A DNA stretch of 55,983 nt, filler included, from Sphacelaria rigidula (lineage: Eukaryota): the NCBI GenBank assembly GCA_964200075.2. It is 6 parts of 6 records of this genome, joined end to end, with 100 filler letters (N's around TTAATTAATTAA, not from the genome) between each part and the next. Parts side by side here need not be neighbours in the genome. Positions count along the whole stretch, not along the records: positions 18,696 to 27,942 come from CAXNAA020008935.1; positions 28,043 to 37,289 come from CAXNAA020008936.1; 4 more parts are not named here. The stretch is one strand, 5' to 3'. Below the pieces are notes generated by a model. That model was not told the DNA's origin. It did not search any database and saw nothing but the letters and a program-made list of their open reading frames with translations. The position numbers and the translations under genes were made by a program. Positions within the stretch are counted from its first letter, which is position 1; each line of letters opens with the position of its first letter. Shown here one piece after another: positions 24,597-36,768 of the stretch.

Positions 24597-26021
24597 TGTT
24601 ACGGTCACATATAGGGTCCGAGACCCCTGCAGAATTGCAAGGTCAGTGTCTATCATCACTCCTGTTTACTGGGTTTTTGGTCTGAGAGGCCCCTCGCTAC
24701 AACAGCTGTACGCTGACTATACATACTGCTGCCTGTTCTATTACAGCCTCCTCCGAGTGCTTCACGGAACCCACGACAGGGGTGAATAGGTAGAGCACCC
24801 GCCCTCGATAGTCACTGAACGCACGTACGCCCCACCGAGCCTGTGTCAATCGTCCCTAGTACTACATCAAACAGCGAAAATGACCCCCGCCTCACGAAAT
24901 CCATCTTGTTCCCTTCCTTCTTCATCAATACTACAACGTTGTAGTCCTGCATTACTCCGCAGCTGTCAGACACTCGTATGCCCCACCTGCACCGGCGCCA
25001 ACAATCAACAGCCGCGGCACCAGACATGAGGCTGAGGACACGTCCCGCGCTTCTTGCTCGTCGTTGGTGATTCTCACTCACGATCGAGGTGGATGATAGT
25101 TCTGAGTGCGTGTGCTATTCTGTCGGGCGCATGTAGCTATTTGTCGCTAAACGGTATCAGTGACTGTGCTGTCTCTATATTCACACATGCGTGACGGTTC
25201 GTATCCGTTCCTTATACCAACCATGAACTATGTGATAACCGTTCTTGGTGACGGCACGCTGGCGGCACGCTGCCACCAGCCCCAGATCACAACGGCACGG
25301 CTATACATAACACCCCGCAAGCGCAAAAGACCGACGCGTCGTGAGTTGTGAGTCCAGTTCTTGTGTAGGTGCGGAGAGACGCAGGAACTGTTTCCGGGAA
25401 GAAAGGGGTGTGGTCGTTGTGGCGTTCGTGAACGGCAAATGAGCGGGAAAACAGCCGAATGTGTGGGCGCTATGGTTGGAGTTGGCGCGTAGACTCCCTT
25501 GCGCGCGATGTGCCGCATCAGGTACAGTTTGGAGAGCGATGGCTTACCACAGGTACGTTCTTGGCCGATCGGTGGCCTAGATAAGGTACGATTGAAAAAT
25601 AATTCCTAGATCAGGTATACCTGGGTGAAATTTGGCCTACAAAAGGTGAGCGGTTTCTGGAGGCGAGACGTTCGTTTTCGCGTGGCCATATCTCTCGAGT
25701 GACATGTTTTTTCCCGTTTGTTTTCCCGGTTGTTTTCGAGGATCGGGTGCCAATGCCCCCCCGAAATGATGTGCGTGAAACCTTCGGAGCGGAAACGATC
25801 AAAATGGCGTGTTTGGCTGTTTCCGCGTTTCTGGCCATTTTTCGTACCTTCTTAAGGCGAAATACGTCAAGGTCTACCTTTTCTGGGCCATTGCTCTAAA
25901 ATTAATGTCTTCGTGGGATTCACTACGGTTCGTATAGGGAACGACTATTTTTTTCCGTGACACAAAGCTAGATGGTTTCCTCCACTCGTCACTGTTGTCT
26001 GCAAGGATAATCCCGACGCAC

Positions 26022-26271
26022 CTCGAAAAGACCTGGTTTATCATGATGTGGGTATGTCCCACCATCATGAAATTAATCTCCACGCGGCCGATTGTCCCAC
26101 GGGCCGCAAGACATCCGAGGTATCCCAGCACGATGTGGTTTTTATTTTCCCCCACACAGTTGTCGAGTTGCAGATACAGCTCATCGACGTAAGCTGGTGT
26201 GTCGCCGGTGCAGTGCAAGTCGAGTAATCGGGTAAGCGCGAGGTGGATTGAAGTACAAATAAGATTGCTCC
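26022..26271 (-). pseudogene. Single intact exon of a Sola-like / DUF7869-type DDD transposase
   Basis: CAG acceptor and GT donor bound a stop-free frame: SNLICTSIH..LYLQLDNCVGENKN..INFMMVGHTHIMINQVFSR. No neighbouring exons seen. Confidence 0.75.
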
Positions 26272-26645
26272 CTGCACAGCGGCGAGCAACGACGGCGTCA
26301 GGGCGCGAATGTCAGTATTCTCGGGGGTTGCTGGATACGAGGAAGGCCGTAACAACTCCTTTTTTACTCTCGGTCGGGACAAGAAAAGGCCTCCCGAGCA
26401 GATTGCTCGGATAAGAAAGCAAGATAGCCGCGTGGCTTAGGTGAGAAGGGATAGCATGAATCAAAACGCAAGTCGTTTCGACGGTGCCGAGCACACCAGT
26501 TGACCTCGCGGAGTACAATGCTACCGTCCACAAGAACGCTTCGTGTAATGGTTGAAACAGCAATCACCATGCCTGGAACACCGCGAACCGCTCGACACTT
26601 TCATGCCGTCCTCGCAATTGCAGATACCATTACGTACATTGCGGG

Positions 26646-27300
26646 ATGAAGCACCAGACCTTCTGTGAGCTGCTTGTGCATATCTCCGAGGACGCATCTC
26701 CTGCCGAGAGGAAGCGACGTCTTTGCCTGATCTGCGAGGACGAGCCGGGGCGCCAGAAGAAGAAAGGAGACAGAACTGACGGGGTCGGAGGCGGATGGAA
26801 TCCTAAAAAAGGGGGAAGAAATCGTCACAAGCAGGACAATTGCTGCCCCCTGCCGGTCCCAGCGTGGAAAGCAGAAGGTGCGAGGATAGGATGCCGTTGT
26901 GGAGACTGTGTCATCGACTGAAGCTCACCTTTAGATTGCTTCTTTCGACGACGGTTGTGACAGCATGCATAAGTCGGTCGACATGCGACACTGCGACTGT
27001 CAAGCGCAGCTGTTTGTAGGTGTCCTCCCTGTCTTTCGGCCCTTGAGGACGACGGCGCGCGGTAATTCTGACCGCAATTGGTACGGCAGAATCCGAGAAT
27101 ATCCATATGTATACCATCTCCACATATTCATGATGGAGAAGGCAGTGAGTATGATCCTGGTGGCCGTTGACGAGGTCGATCAACCTCGCGCACTGCTCGA
27201 CTATGAAAATCTGACGGTACAGCCGCCAGCCTAGCCACCGTAGTGGAACGCACGCCGAAGAATTACGCCGGATTAGCCCCCATCCCAACGCCAGCCCAAA
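26646..27300 (+). pseudogene. Possible degraded FAR1/MULE-like N-terminal coding remnant
   Basis: Broken frames with Cys/His motifs (RHCDCQAQLFV; HRSGTHAEELRRISPHP); resemblance weak. Confidence 0.3.
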
Positions 27301-27826
27301 ACCGCCAGCAAAACAATGAATGGCTATCCACCGCGTGATGTTCGATTCCAGAATGCATGGAGGGCCTTGTTTACTCGACATGGGCGAAAACAAACAGAAG
27401 CGTTAATATTCCAATCTGCTCAATATGAGGGTATTTTTTCATATCGATTTTACGTGTTGGTTGCTGCCCCCCCCCCAAATCAACCACTTTCTCGGGAGGG
27501 GGCTATATCGGAGAACACACGCTACACCCCGCGACATGCAGACGACCAGCGCGCAACGGGGGAAAACTGACGATGCTATTGCGTGCTTGCGATGTGATAT
27601 TGTACAGGGCTCATCACACGAGCATACACGAGGATAATCTACTCCGCCGCCACTGCACTCTTACTGACCAACAAGAGCCACTCCCTGTGAAGAGATCGCC
27701 GAAGCTTATCATAGTCTCCATCGATGTCGAGAAAACAATTCTGAGCACGACAAACGATGACAACAAGGGATACTTCAGGCGGTTCGTTGAAAAGGTGCTG
27801 GAAGTCTTGCATCCGATGAGCAGCAT

Positions 27827-27942
27827 GACACTTTCTACGATAGCCCCCCCCCAAACCAGCTGAAAGCGTCACGAAAAAAATGGCCGTACAGCGCCTGATG
27901 TTCGGGTTCAGGCTGGCATGAAGCGCCTCATATTGGCGACAT
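27827..27942. mobile_element. GAC..GTC-family MITE end, cut by contig end
   Basis: Matches the reverse complement of 48790-48915. Confidence 0.85.
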
Positions 27943-28042
27943 NNNNNNNNNNNNNNNNNNNNNNNNNNNNNNNNNNNNNNNNNNNNTTAATTAATTAANN
28001 NNNNNNNNNNNNNNNNNNNNNNNNNNNNNNNNNNNNNNNNNN
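27943..28042. other. Artificial contig spacer
   Basis: N44-TTAATTAATTAA-N44. Confidence 0.98.
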
Positions 28043-28101
28043 AATGGTCTTATGACTACGGCATGCATGATCATGAGTACCCCCCCCCCCCCCCCCCCCC
28101 C
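28043..28101 (+). mobile_element. 3' end of poly(C)-tailed retroposon
   Basis: AATGGTCTTATGACTACGGCATGCATGATCATGAGTA followed by ~22 C. Confidence 0.7.
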
Positions 28102-28759
28102 CGCCAAGTTAATTAACCGTCAATGCCACAAGCTGCTACCAAACGCACTTTGACACCTCTCGTGTTTCCACCTTTTTGGGAATCGAAATGGAGGAGCAGT
28201 CCAGCAAGTTCACAAGGAGAAGTGCCCCTCTTTACTCTGTACAAATGAAGGACCGAGCAATATCAGACCAAGAATTTGTGCTCCACGGAGTATATGTCCT
28301 AGGATTCAACTGGTCGTCATCAATCACATGGGTACTTATGTACTCCTCTGAAATAAGAAAATACCGATATGGTCTGTACAACCAAGCCAGGGGTGTAGCG
28401 TCCCACCCGCACTGGACCTATCCAGACGATCTTCATGATTTGTCAACAACCATGCTAGTTGGGGACGGTGCCCCGTGCCCCACGCCCCAGAGGTGACAAA
28501 AAAAAATGGAATACATTGGACTGGGTCAGCTTTTCATGTAAACATGACCCCATGACCCCAGAGCCAAAGAGATAGGTCTATCCGCAGATAACCAGGTACC
28601 GAAAATACATTTCGCCATCAACCAACCAAGTGAGGGAAATTTAACCTACATTCCAAGGGAGGGTGGATTGTGCACATGTAATCAAGATACCTACCCGTCA
28701 ACCAACCAAGCTAGGAAACATCAATCTACACTCCGAGGGAAAGCGAATAGTGTAATACT

Positions 28760-29180
28760 TCAACGTTGGGAACGGCACGTCCTTGTAAAAAGGTCGATTA
28801 CAAACCGAGATCATCATGTAATCGAGTCATCCACCCGATATGACGACAAGCACATTTAATCATCAACCTGCCAAGTTAGAGAAACGGTAACCTATATTTC
28901 AGGGGTGATAAGAGGTGCAATTCACTGACGTTGAGATCGTTACATTCCTGTAAAAAGGTCCCTACGCCGGTCAATAAGATCATCCACCTACTGACATCAT
29001 CATGCAATCGAGTCATTCACCTGATATGACAACAATCACGCTTCATCGTCATCCTTTCAAGTTAGAATACCGGTAACCTACACTTTCAGGGATGATAGAA
29101 GGTGCAATTCACTAACGTTGAGATCGATATACCCCTGTAAAAAGGTCTCATCGCCGGTCAATAAGGTCATCCACCTACTG
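28760..29180. repeat. ~170-190-bp tandem repeat, about 2.5 copies
   Basis: ACGTTG.GA..TGTAAAAAGGTC recurs three times. Confidence 0.75.
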
Positions 29181-29597
29181 TACCTAGCCTAACATTCTCT
29201 CATGTTTCACAACAAGTGATGCTACGGTAGGGGTCCACAGATATTTTCTGAGGTTAGAATTGTTAGGAGCCCTTTATCTCATGAAAACACGACCTATGAA
29301 AATATGTGAAAGTACGCCAGGATTACTACTCCAATGTGCTGGAGACATCCCAAATGAATTTGCAAACAGGGATGCCCTGACCCATATTTTTGTGCATCTA
29401 GAATCGTTAGGAGCCCCTGAACTAGACATAACGCGAAAAAAGTGCACCCCTACCCTGGCATTGCTCCAAAACGTGAGATGCTTGCGGGCATTCTTTTTTA
29501 TTTCCATCATACATCGTCGTACAATACTCCGTCTAGCGTCTAGTTTTACGTGTTGGCCCAGATATTTTGCCACAAACAACCGCAGGACGGAATGCAC

Positions 29598-30885
29598 CAC
29601 ACGCACCGTAGGTAAGGTAGGTACCCGGTACCGGTATTTGGGACATCTCATACCCTACCGATACCGGTCCAATCCGGTATTTTCAAATGCATACCTACGA
29701 TACCCACGATACCACGGTAATTCGAGATTTCAATACCTACCGTACCCGCGCAATCCGGCATTTCCAAAACTCATACCTACGATACCTACGATACCTACGA
29801 TACCAGGATATTTCGAGATTTCAATACCTACCGTACCCGCCTAATCCGGTATCTTCAAATGTCATACCTACGATACCCGCGCATACCACGGTATGGGATA
29901 CCCTGGTAAATACCGGGGGTATACCCGGTATTTACCGAACGCGATAAACTCCCCACGATGCAGCAGCTGGTGCCAAGTCACGCTAAGGTCAGAAGCTGCC
30001 GAAGCAGGCACGTCTCGCTTTCACAAGTAATCAATACCCAGATTCTCCGTCAATTGCGTGTATGGATCAAGTCAAATAAATTATTCCCATGCCCTCCGAT
30101 GTTTTTGGTGTGTGGACATAAATATTTGATTATCATTTGAAGGTGTGCATCGTTCCATGTCGGAGATGAGCATTACAAGAAATCATATTTCACGTGCAAG
30201 CAAACAAGCAGAAACGAAACGAAAATGAGGAAAACCAAAAAAATGAGGGGCCGCAGGAGGCATACGTTATACACAACAATGTGCCAAAATACCAATGAAA
30301 TAACCTTCTATATTTATATACCGTAAATACTGCACAATTGCCGGGTGCTCTGAATGAAAAAATACAACTACACATGAAGGGGCAAACCCTACTCTTGCGT
30401 AATACTGCACTGAAACGCTTCGCACTGCCAGATGACAGTTTTGAATTTGGTATAGAGAGTGAGGCACGTACCGGGGACCGGTATTTGGGACATCTCATAC
30501 CCTACCGACACCGGTCCAATCCGGTATTTTCAAATGCCACACCGACGATACCTACGATACCTACGATACCACGGTGTTTCGAGATACCAATACCTACCGT
30601 ACCCGCCAAATACGGTATTTTCAAATGCCATACCTACGATACCTACGATACCTACGATACCACGGTATTTCGAGATTTCAATACCTACCGTACCTGCCAA
30701 ACCCGGTATTTTCAAATGTCATACCTACGATACCTGCGATACCAAGGTATTTCGAGATTTCAATTCCTACCGTACCCGCCCAATCCGGTATTTTCAAATG
30801 TCATACCTACGCATACCACGGTATGGGATACCCCGGTACTTCCCGGGGGTACGCTCGGTACGGTACCTTACCTACGGTGCCTGTG
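29598..30885. mobile_element. Non-autonomous hAT-type element, perfect 8-bp TSD GAATGCAC, with two GATACCTAC-rich blocks
   Basis: TIRs CACACGCACCGTAGGTAAGGTA / TACCTTACCTACGGTGCCTGTG; TSD at 29590-29597 and 30886-30893. Confidence 0.9.
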
Positions 30886-32202
30886 GAATGCACCAATTAT
30901 CCTCTCGAGAAACTTTGTCCCGCCGAGATGGGGAAAACATACCTAGCAGTTTTTCAGTCAAGCAGTCGCCTCAGTCCAAATCCTCTTACCCTACCGTTGA
31001 AACATGAGAAATATAATATAGCGCCACAGATCACATCCCCATATCCTTCTGGAACACACTGATCAGCAGCCACCTGCAGACACTCTTACCGCCACCATCA
31101 TGTTTCGTCCCCATGATTGCCATGTAACGGTTTGGCTCCATCCACAAAATCAAAACCCATCACAGCGCGGATGCTGTGCTGTAGTACCGGGAACTAGAAA
31201 CACCTTGCAAACCAATAAATCCCCGTGGCACCACTCCACTCGGTGTAGTACTCATGTTTGGGACATGTATCCCGCGATGGATCTTCTGTACCCCTTCTCC
31301 GCGCACAAGATAGACGGCGCGCGCCCCCTGCACAGTGTTGCAGCTGAGTGATGACGTCGTTTTTGCAGAACACGCCTCCCACAGGTGCAGTGTATAATCC
31401 AGGAACAAAGCCTACTCCCCAGGGTTGGCCTGAACTAGATTTCCGACCGTTCGGCGCCGGGGCGTCCCAAACCCCGTGCGCGTGGTGAGGTGCGTCTCAC
31501 CACCTAGCTTCTTCTCAACGCCCGCGGGAAGTGCCCCATGCACTAATCGGGACATCGCTGCCTTTGCTTCACACATACTGCCTCTACAGTCCGCGTCGTC
31601 CCCGGTCGCCTTTGGGGGCATGATCGCGTCGCTTGGTCCTGCCATCTTGGTCGAAGGTGTGGACCACAACCCGTTGGCAAATCAGTTGGACTCTAGAGTG
31701 TTCCTTGATACGTGACCCGTACACAGGGACAGCTAGACACGACTGATGAAGTCGATCGAAGTACACGGCCGAGCCGATCATGTTGTTGTATAAGAGTAGT
31801 ATTGCATGGTTTGATTAACCAGACATTGCGTACGTGAGTACAAGACATACGCCTACTATGCTGTCAAATCTCACCCCATGTAAGTGTCAAAACCCGTGAA
31901 GACAGGTACCTCTGTACCGTGGTTGATCAGTACTGTAGATTATACTGAAAAGGCTGTTCACTCGAATAGAGAGTAGCAACAATATATCACGCCTTGCCAA
32001 ACTTGCCCGGGCTGCTGGTGGGTACTCGAGGCACTCGAGACGGAACCGGTGCCCTGCAAGCAGTATTTCAAGACACCCTTTACCCTTGCCTTTTAAAATG
32101 AGCAGTGCCATCGGCAAGGCAGAATCGGTTGTATTTCCACCTTGAAGAATGTTTCCTGAGATTGAGAGTCATTGGAGGACACAACCTAGAGTGAGAAGCG
32201 GT

Positions 32203-32603
32203 TGTGCACTTGTGAGGTGTTTGGTGTGGCCGTGGCGCGCTTCTTCGCAATGCACCCTTTCATAGCGGAGCAAGGCAATTGTCACGAGAGATCTTGATCG
32301 GTTGAATAGACAACGTACCCGAGTGGGGCGCTGCATCGCCGTGCTTTTAATTATTCTTTCAGATATCACCCGCTGGTGTACAGCCCTATCTGAACCTTCT
32401 CTCTCTGAATCTCAGCTCTGAACCCCAACTAAAGAGCTTACAATATAGAGCCGCGGAGCCGTTCTGGCTCGACTAAACACTGGCTACAGTCGTGGTTCCC
32501 GAACCGTTCCTGTTGGTATTTCGTACTGAACCGTACTGACTCCTACCAGGCAGGTTGACTCTATGCCCGAGAATCTACGTATGCCCGATATATAATCTGC
32601 ACA
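32203..32603 (-). repeat. 3' LTR (401 bp)
   Basis: TGTGCA..TGCACA ends; ~36 bp longer segment than the 5' LTR; about six substitutions counted by eye. Confidence 0.95.
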
Positions 32604-32620
32604 CTCCCCCATGCTCCTAC
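32604..32620 (-). promoter_or_regulatory. Polypurine tract (GTAGGAGCATGGGGGAG)
   Basis: Abuts the 3' LTR. Confidence 0.85.
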
Positions 32621-33199
32621 AGCGATAACACCAGAGAGGTAATACGATCACACCCAACATGCTAGATACGAGTCGGACGAATATGTCCATTGAATGCCAT
32701 AGAAGCCACGTGGTGGACCTGGACCCTCCGGACTCGTCCCGACTTCCGGTGCCTTTTCCGTTTTGACATCCTTCGTCGAGAACGGCAACTGGAACGATTG
32801 TTGGTTGTGTGCAAGGTTGTTCTTGCTCGACATGCATCCCGCACCCTTGGGTGGTTCCTCCACTGCCTTTGTCGTTTCCTTCACCGCTGGCTGTTCCTTC
32901 GCTTCTTGGTCAAGGCCAGAACCGACCGCGCTCGGCACGAATATTTTCTCGAGCTTCGTTCCTTCGTTATCGCTCAGCGTCTCCGGTGGTTCGGTGATTC
33001 GGCCTTGTCAACGATCATCTCCGTTTGAGGAGGCTTGATCCTCCAGTCCGACCTGCTGCTCGTATCTTGTGTGTGATGCCTTGGTCTTTTCGCCGTCGGA
33101 GCGCTCGTCTGCGCTTGGAGTCGCATGAGTTACAAGCGCTGCCGGTGGCCCCCGTGGTCCCAGCGGTTCACCGACCTCTCGGCTGTGAGGCTCATTGCC

Positions 33200-34500
33200 C
33201 TTCCGTTCGATTTCCTCTTCCATGAGAACTATCCATCTGTCAGCATCAGGTTCTGCGTGGGCTTCTTCCGCTGTCGACGGTTCCTGTGGTCCTGTGACGA
33301 TTCCGCCCCCGAGCATGCAGAATGCGCCTTTGTCCTCTTCTTGTAGAAGGGTGGCGAGGATATTTCCATAATCAGAACTGCTGTCGTCAGAACTTCTAGA
33401 GCGTTGCTGTGCGTTGTCCCCTCGATGCCGTTGCGCTAGTCGACTGGACCTACGCAATCCACTGTCCGGAGAAGAGCGCTTCGATGATGTCGAGTCCTGT
33501 GGTGGCTGTCCACCCTGGCCATCATCGCCGTCGATTGGCGCTGATTCCTCTTCTTTCGATGGTTCGTCCTCGTCATCACTGAGTTTAACCGCCTTCAACT
33601 CCCCCACGATGTCTGGGATCTTAGCCTCTGATTCAAACGTGATGTGTGAAGACTTCATGGGCTTTGATTCCTGTGTTAGCCGTACATACAAGCAGGGAGA
33701 GTGCCGACCGTGCCCCACCAAGATGCCACGCTTCGCATATGGGTGAAACTTTGCAGCGGCGCCGCGTTGCCGCTTGTGCTGATGCACGAAACACTTGGAT
33801 CCCCAGGTACGAAGCCGGTCGTAGTTGAAAGGCTTTCCTGTCAGTCTCTCACATGAGATCTCGCCCCCGAGGTACTCGTGGGGCATCCCTGCGGTCTTGA
33901 ATACCGCGTCCACCACAGCGAAGAACCAGTAGTCCTGTCCGCGTCCCGCTTTTCCCCAATTGGCTGCGTGCTATCCTCATCAGTTGTTGAATGGCACGTT
34001 CAGCAATTTTATTACTCCGCGGTGTCCTTGGCGGTGAGGACCGCCACTTGCTGCCACGATTGGTCAGCATGCGTTGAAGTTTGACTGACCGTCCAAGTTC
34101 CCCAGCGCCGTCTCCGCTGATGAATTTGATGGCCACTCCCTCACGGGCCATTTCGTCGATGTAGGCTCCCGTGGCATCAGTGGCCGCATCTCGTGTCTTG
34201 AGTTCAACAACGTGCTTGTCTCGATTGGCCTCGCCCACGAAAACCTGAATGTACTTCACACCCGTGACATCGACGTGGGCGGGCTTTAAGGTCAGTGTGC
34301 ACAACTTCACCTGGTGCTTTGGGACTCCTGCCGCCGCGGCCGTAGCTGAGCGCCTCGGGCTTGCATTCCTTGCACATGCTGCAGCGCATCTCGGACGCCA
34401 CCGTGGTACCAGTAACATATATCAGCCCACGCTTTTCAAGGTTTTTTATGGCAGCCGGATCGATGTGCCCTATGGTGTCGTGCCACTGCTTCAGTGTGAG
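33200..34500 (-). pseudogene. Frameshifted copia integrase region and RT lead-in
   Basis: HHCC (WHDTIGH..CSMC), PGEVVHTD, GDGAGE, SNKIAERAIQQL, SH3-like LRTWGSKCFVH..RGILVG, then EPSTAEEA..RWIVLMEEEI where homology stops. Confidence 0.9.
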
Positions 34501-34614
34501 GCGCTGCTTCTTGTTTGCGAACGAAGCGTGCGCCGACGCCGTATGTTTGCCATCCGCCTGCAGCGATGCCGACAGGATCAGGAACCCTCTGTTGTCGGCT
34601 AGGGGGATCTTTGG

Positions 34615-35883
34615 TCAATCCTTTCTGAACCGAAGGTAGCTCTCCTTCCTGCCAGAATCCACGAAGTCTCCTCCGTCACGCCGAATCGTTCCGGTACTCA
34701 GCAGCCGGTAGGGTAGTCCAGGGACCCAAAGTACGTCACTCAGTGTGACCTTTGCCGGAGCCTCCGTTCCCCGAGCGCCCACGTGCAATGGGATCCCTCC
34801 CATTGCCAGTGCCTGCAGCTGTCCCTTGTTCCCAATTGTACAGCTTCGATTGACTGTACGTGTATTCCTGAGATTCTGTTTCCAGGGAGTCATGTGGGCG
34901 TTCTCTCCCGAGTCGCAGAGAATCGACACCTCTGTGTCACTGTTGATCGACGTGCATATTGATAATACTCGCTCATCTTCGACTACCACGTCCATCGCCA
35001 TGAATGCCTGCGGTCTGTCTCTCCTCCCATTACTTCTGCCGTTTTGTGGAGGAGGTGGGAACATTCGTGTGGGGCTCGTCCCCGACGGTCGTTTAGCCGG
35101 GGGTTTTCCGGTGAGGTAGGGGCGACACTCCCGCCACCTATGATTTCGCTTCAAACAGTAGGCGCATTGATTTTTATTGAGTCCCGAGTCAGTTTTGTTA
35201 CCGTCAGTTCTCGGTTGGAACGCTACTGCCTCATCGCGGCGTTCCATGTCAGACATGAGGTATGCTGATGACGCTATGACTACTCGTTTTAGCTCATCGC
35301 ACGTCATACCTGACTGGGTTGCTAGCTGGATGAATACTTGTGGAAGCGTCTCCTTACTCCCGAGTAGAAGGGCTGCCCTCCTGGTCTCGTCGGCTTTGAC
35401 GTTTCCGAGCGCTTCGAATGCTCCCCAGACGGTGTTCAGCTTCACCATCAAATCTGCTGGTTCTTCTGCAGAATTGCGTTGGAGATCCCGCAGTCTGCTT
35501 TCCAATGCAAGTAGTTGCACAGCCCGCTCGTCCTGTGCACGTCCTCCGTAGATCCGTTCCATCTCCAGCCAGGCTTCGCTGCCGTCAGGGTTGCCGCCGT
35601 GCTCGCATCGTGCGACGATGGCTGCGACTGACCCTTTCGTAGCCTGCCTCAGGAGGAACCATAGGGATTGTATATTACGTTCGTGCGTTTCGTACGCCCT
35701 ACGGTGGTCAAGTGTTGTGCTCGCTTTAGGAACGGCCGGTGTGGTGCAATCCGGTCGCAGCAGGGGATATAGTCCCTTCCCCGCTGCGTATCCAACGATG
35801 GAAAGTCTCCATGCGTTCCACGTTTCTCGCAAGCGCCCACGAGCGCTCGTCCAGACTGGCAACTTGCGTGGGTCTGCCTCCAT
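34615..35883 (-). CDS. gag: Copia Gag plus aspartic protease, ending at a frameshift
   Basis: Zinc knuckle CAYCLKRNHRWREC; protease ILCDSGENAHMT; LSDVLWVPGL..RLLS motif. Confidence 0.92.
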   Translation of the reverse strand: MEADPRKLPVWTSARGRLRETWNAWRLSIVGYAAGKGLYPLLRPDCTTPAVPKASTTLDHRRAYETHERNIQSLWFLLRQATKGSVAAIVARCEHGGNPDGSEAWLEMERIYGGRAQDERAVQLLALESRLRDLQRNSAEEPADLMVKLNTVWGAFEALGNVKADETRRAALLLGSKETLPQVFIQLATQSGMTCDELKRVVIASSAYLMSDMERRDEAVAFQPRTDGNKTDSGLNKNQCAYCLKRNHRWRECRPYLTGKPPAKRPSGTSPTRMFPPPPQNGRSNGRRDRPQAFMAMDVVVEDERVLSICTSINSDTEVSILCDSGENAHMTPWKQNLRNTRTVNRSCTIGNKGQLQALAMGGIPLHVGARGTEAPAKVTLSDVLWVPGLPYRLLSTGTIRRDGGDFVDSGRKESYLRFRKD

Positions 35884-35890
35884 ACTCGTC

Positions 35891-35904
35891 AAGGGTCACG
35901 AATC
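35891..35904 (-). promoter_or_regulatory. Putative non-canonical primer-binding site GATTCGTGACCCTT
   Basis: Immediately inside the 5' LTR; lacks TGG. Confidence 0.5.
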
Positions 35905-36268
35905 TGTGCACTTGTGAGGTGTTTGGTGTGGCCGTGCAAGGCAATTGTCACGAGAGATCTTGATCGGTTGAATAGACGACGTACCCGAGTGGGGCGCTGC
36001 ATCGTCGTGCTTTTAATTATTCTTCAGATATCACCCGCTGGTGTACAGCCCTATCTGAACCTTCTCTCTCTGAATCTCAGCTCTGAACCCCAACTAAAGA
36101 GCTTACAATATAGAGCCGCGGAGCCGTTCTGGCTCGACTGAATACTGGCTACAGTCGTGGTTCCCGGACCGTTCCTGTTGGTATTTCGTACTGAACCGTA
36201 CTGGCTCCTACCAGGCAGGTTGACTCTATGCCCGAGAATCTACGTATGCCCGATATATAATCTGCACA
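35905..36268 (-). repeat. 5' LTR (364 bp)
   Basis: Direct repeat of 32203-32603. Confidence 0.95.
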
Positions 36269-36768
36269 GCGGTCAATTGATGAGTTAATACTTTCAGTTC
36301 CGCAGTGCCCCTCTACGAAGCCGGATACGCTTTCTGCAGGAGCTTGCGACTGAAGCCCTTGATATCCCTGAGTAAGATATCGACGTGCAGCTGTAAGCGC
36401 ACGCCAGCGCTAGAGGCAAAGAAAAGCACACATGGAATGAAATACTGGTCGACTTTTAGAACGAATGATGAAAGCCACTCTCATTCAACGCTCTACTCTT
36501 AATCTCGCGAAAGCATTGTTCTTGACTGTTGTCAAATGAGGCAGAACACTCCGATGCGGAATCACCGATGGCGTGTCCAGCACCTGCCCCACGACTGACC
36601 GCGCCACTCATGGCATAGAGTTGCGTGTAACCCTGAACGTACTGCTTTTTACTGTTGCACTGTGTGGTGTGCGGTCTGTTGTGTGCTGCTATTGCCACGT
36701 GTGGACAACACTGTGTGGATCTTCTGTAGAAGTGTATCGTCGGCTTGAGTAGATTCATCATAGCAGCC

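Larger units (their letters stand above)
32203..36268 (-). mobile_element. Ty1/copia LTR retrotransposon lacking RT/RNaseH
   Basis: Two TG..CA LTRs, 5-bp TSD GCGGT (32198-32202, 36269-36273), PPT, and gag-PR-IN domain order. Confidence 0.97.
32145..36520. mobile_element. 300-bp AAC-family MITE split by the copia insertion (32145-32202 + 36274-36520), TSD CTTG
   Basis: Rejoined halves align to 20615-20914; CTTG at 32141-32144 and 36521-36524. Confidence 0.85.

Noticed and set aside
30338..31062. Overlapping 160-200-aa ORFs with PTI/YLR repeats as genes
   Set aside because: Products of the 9-bp GATACCTAC repeat, which lacks stops in all three frames.
34745..35917. Plus-strand ORFs over gag
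   Set aside because: Antisense shadows of the copia coding frame.
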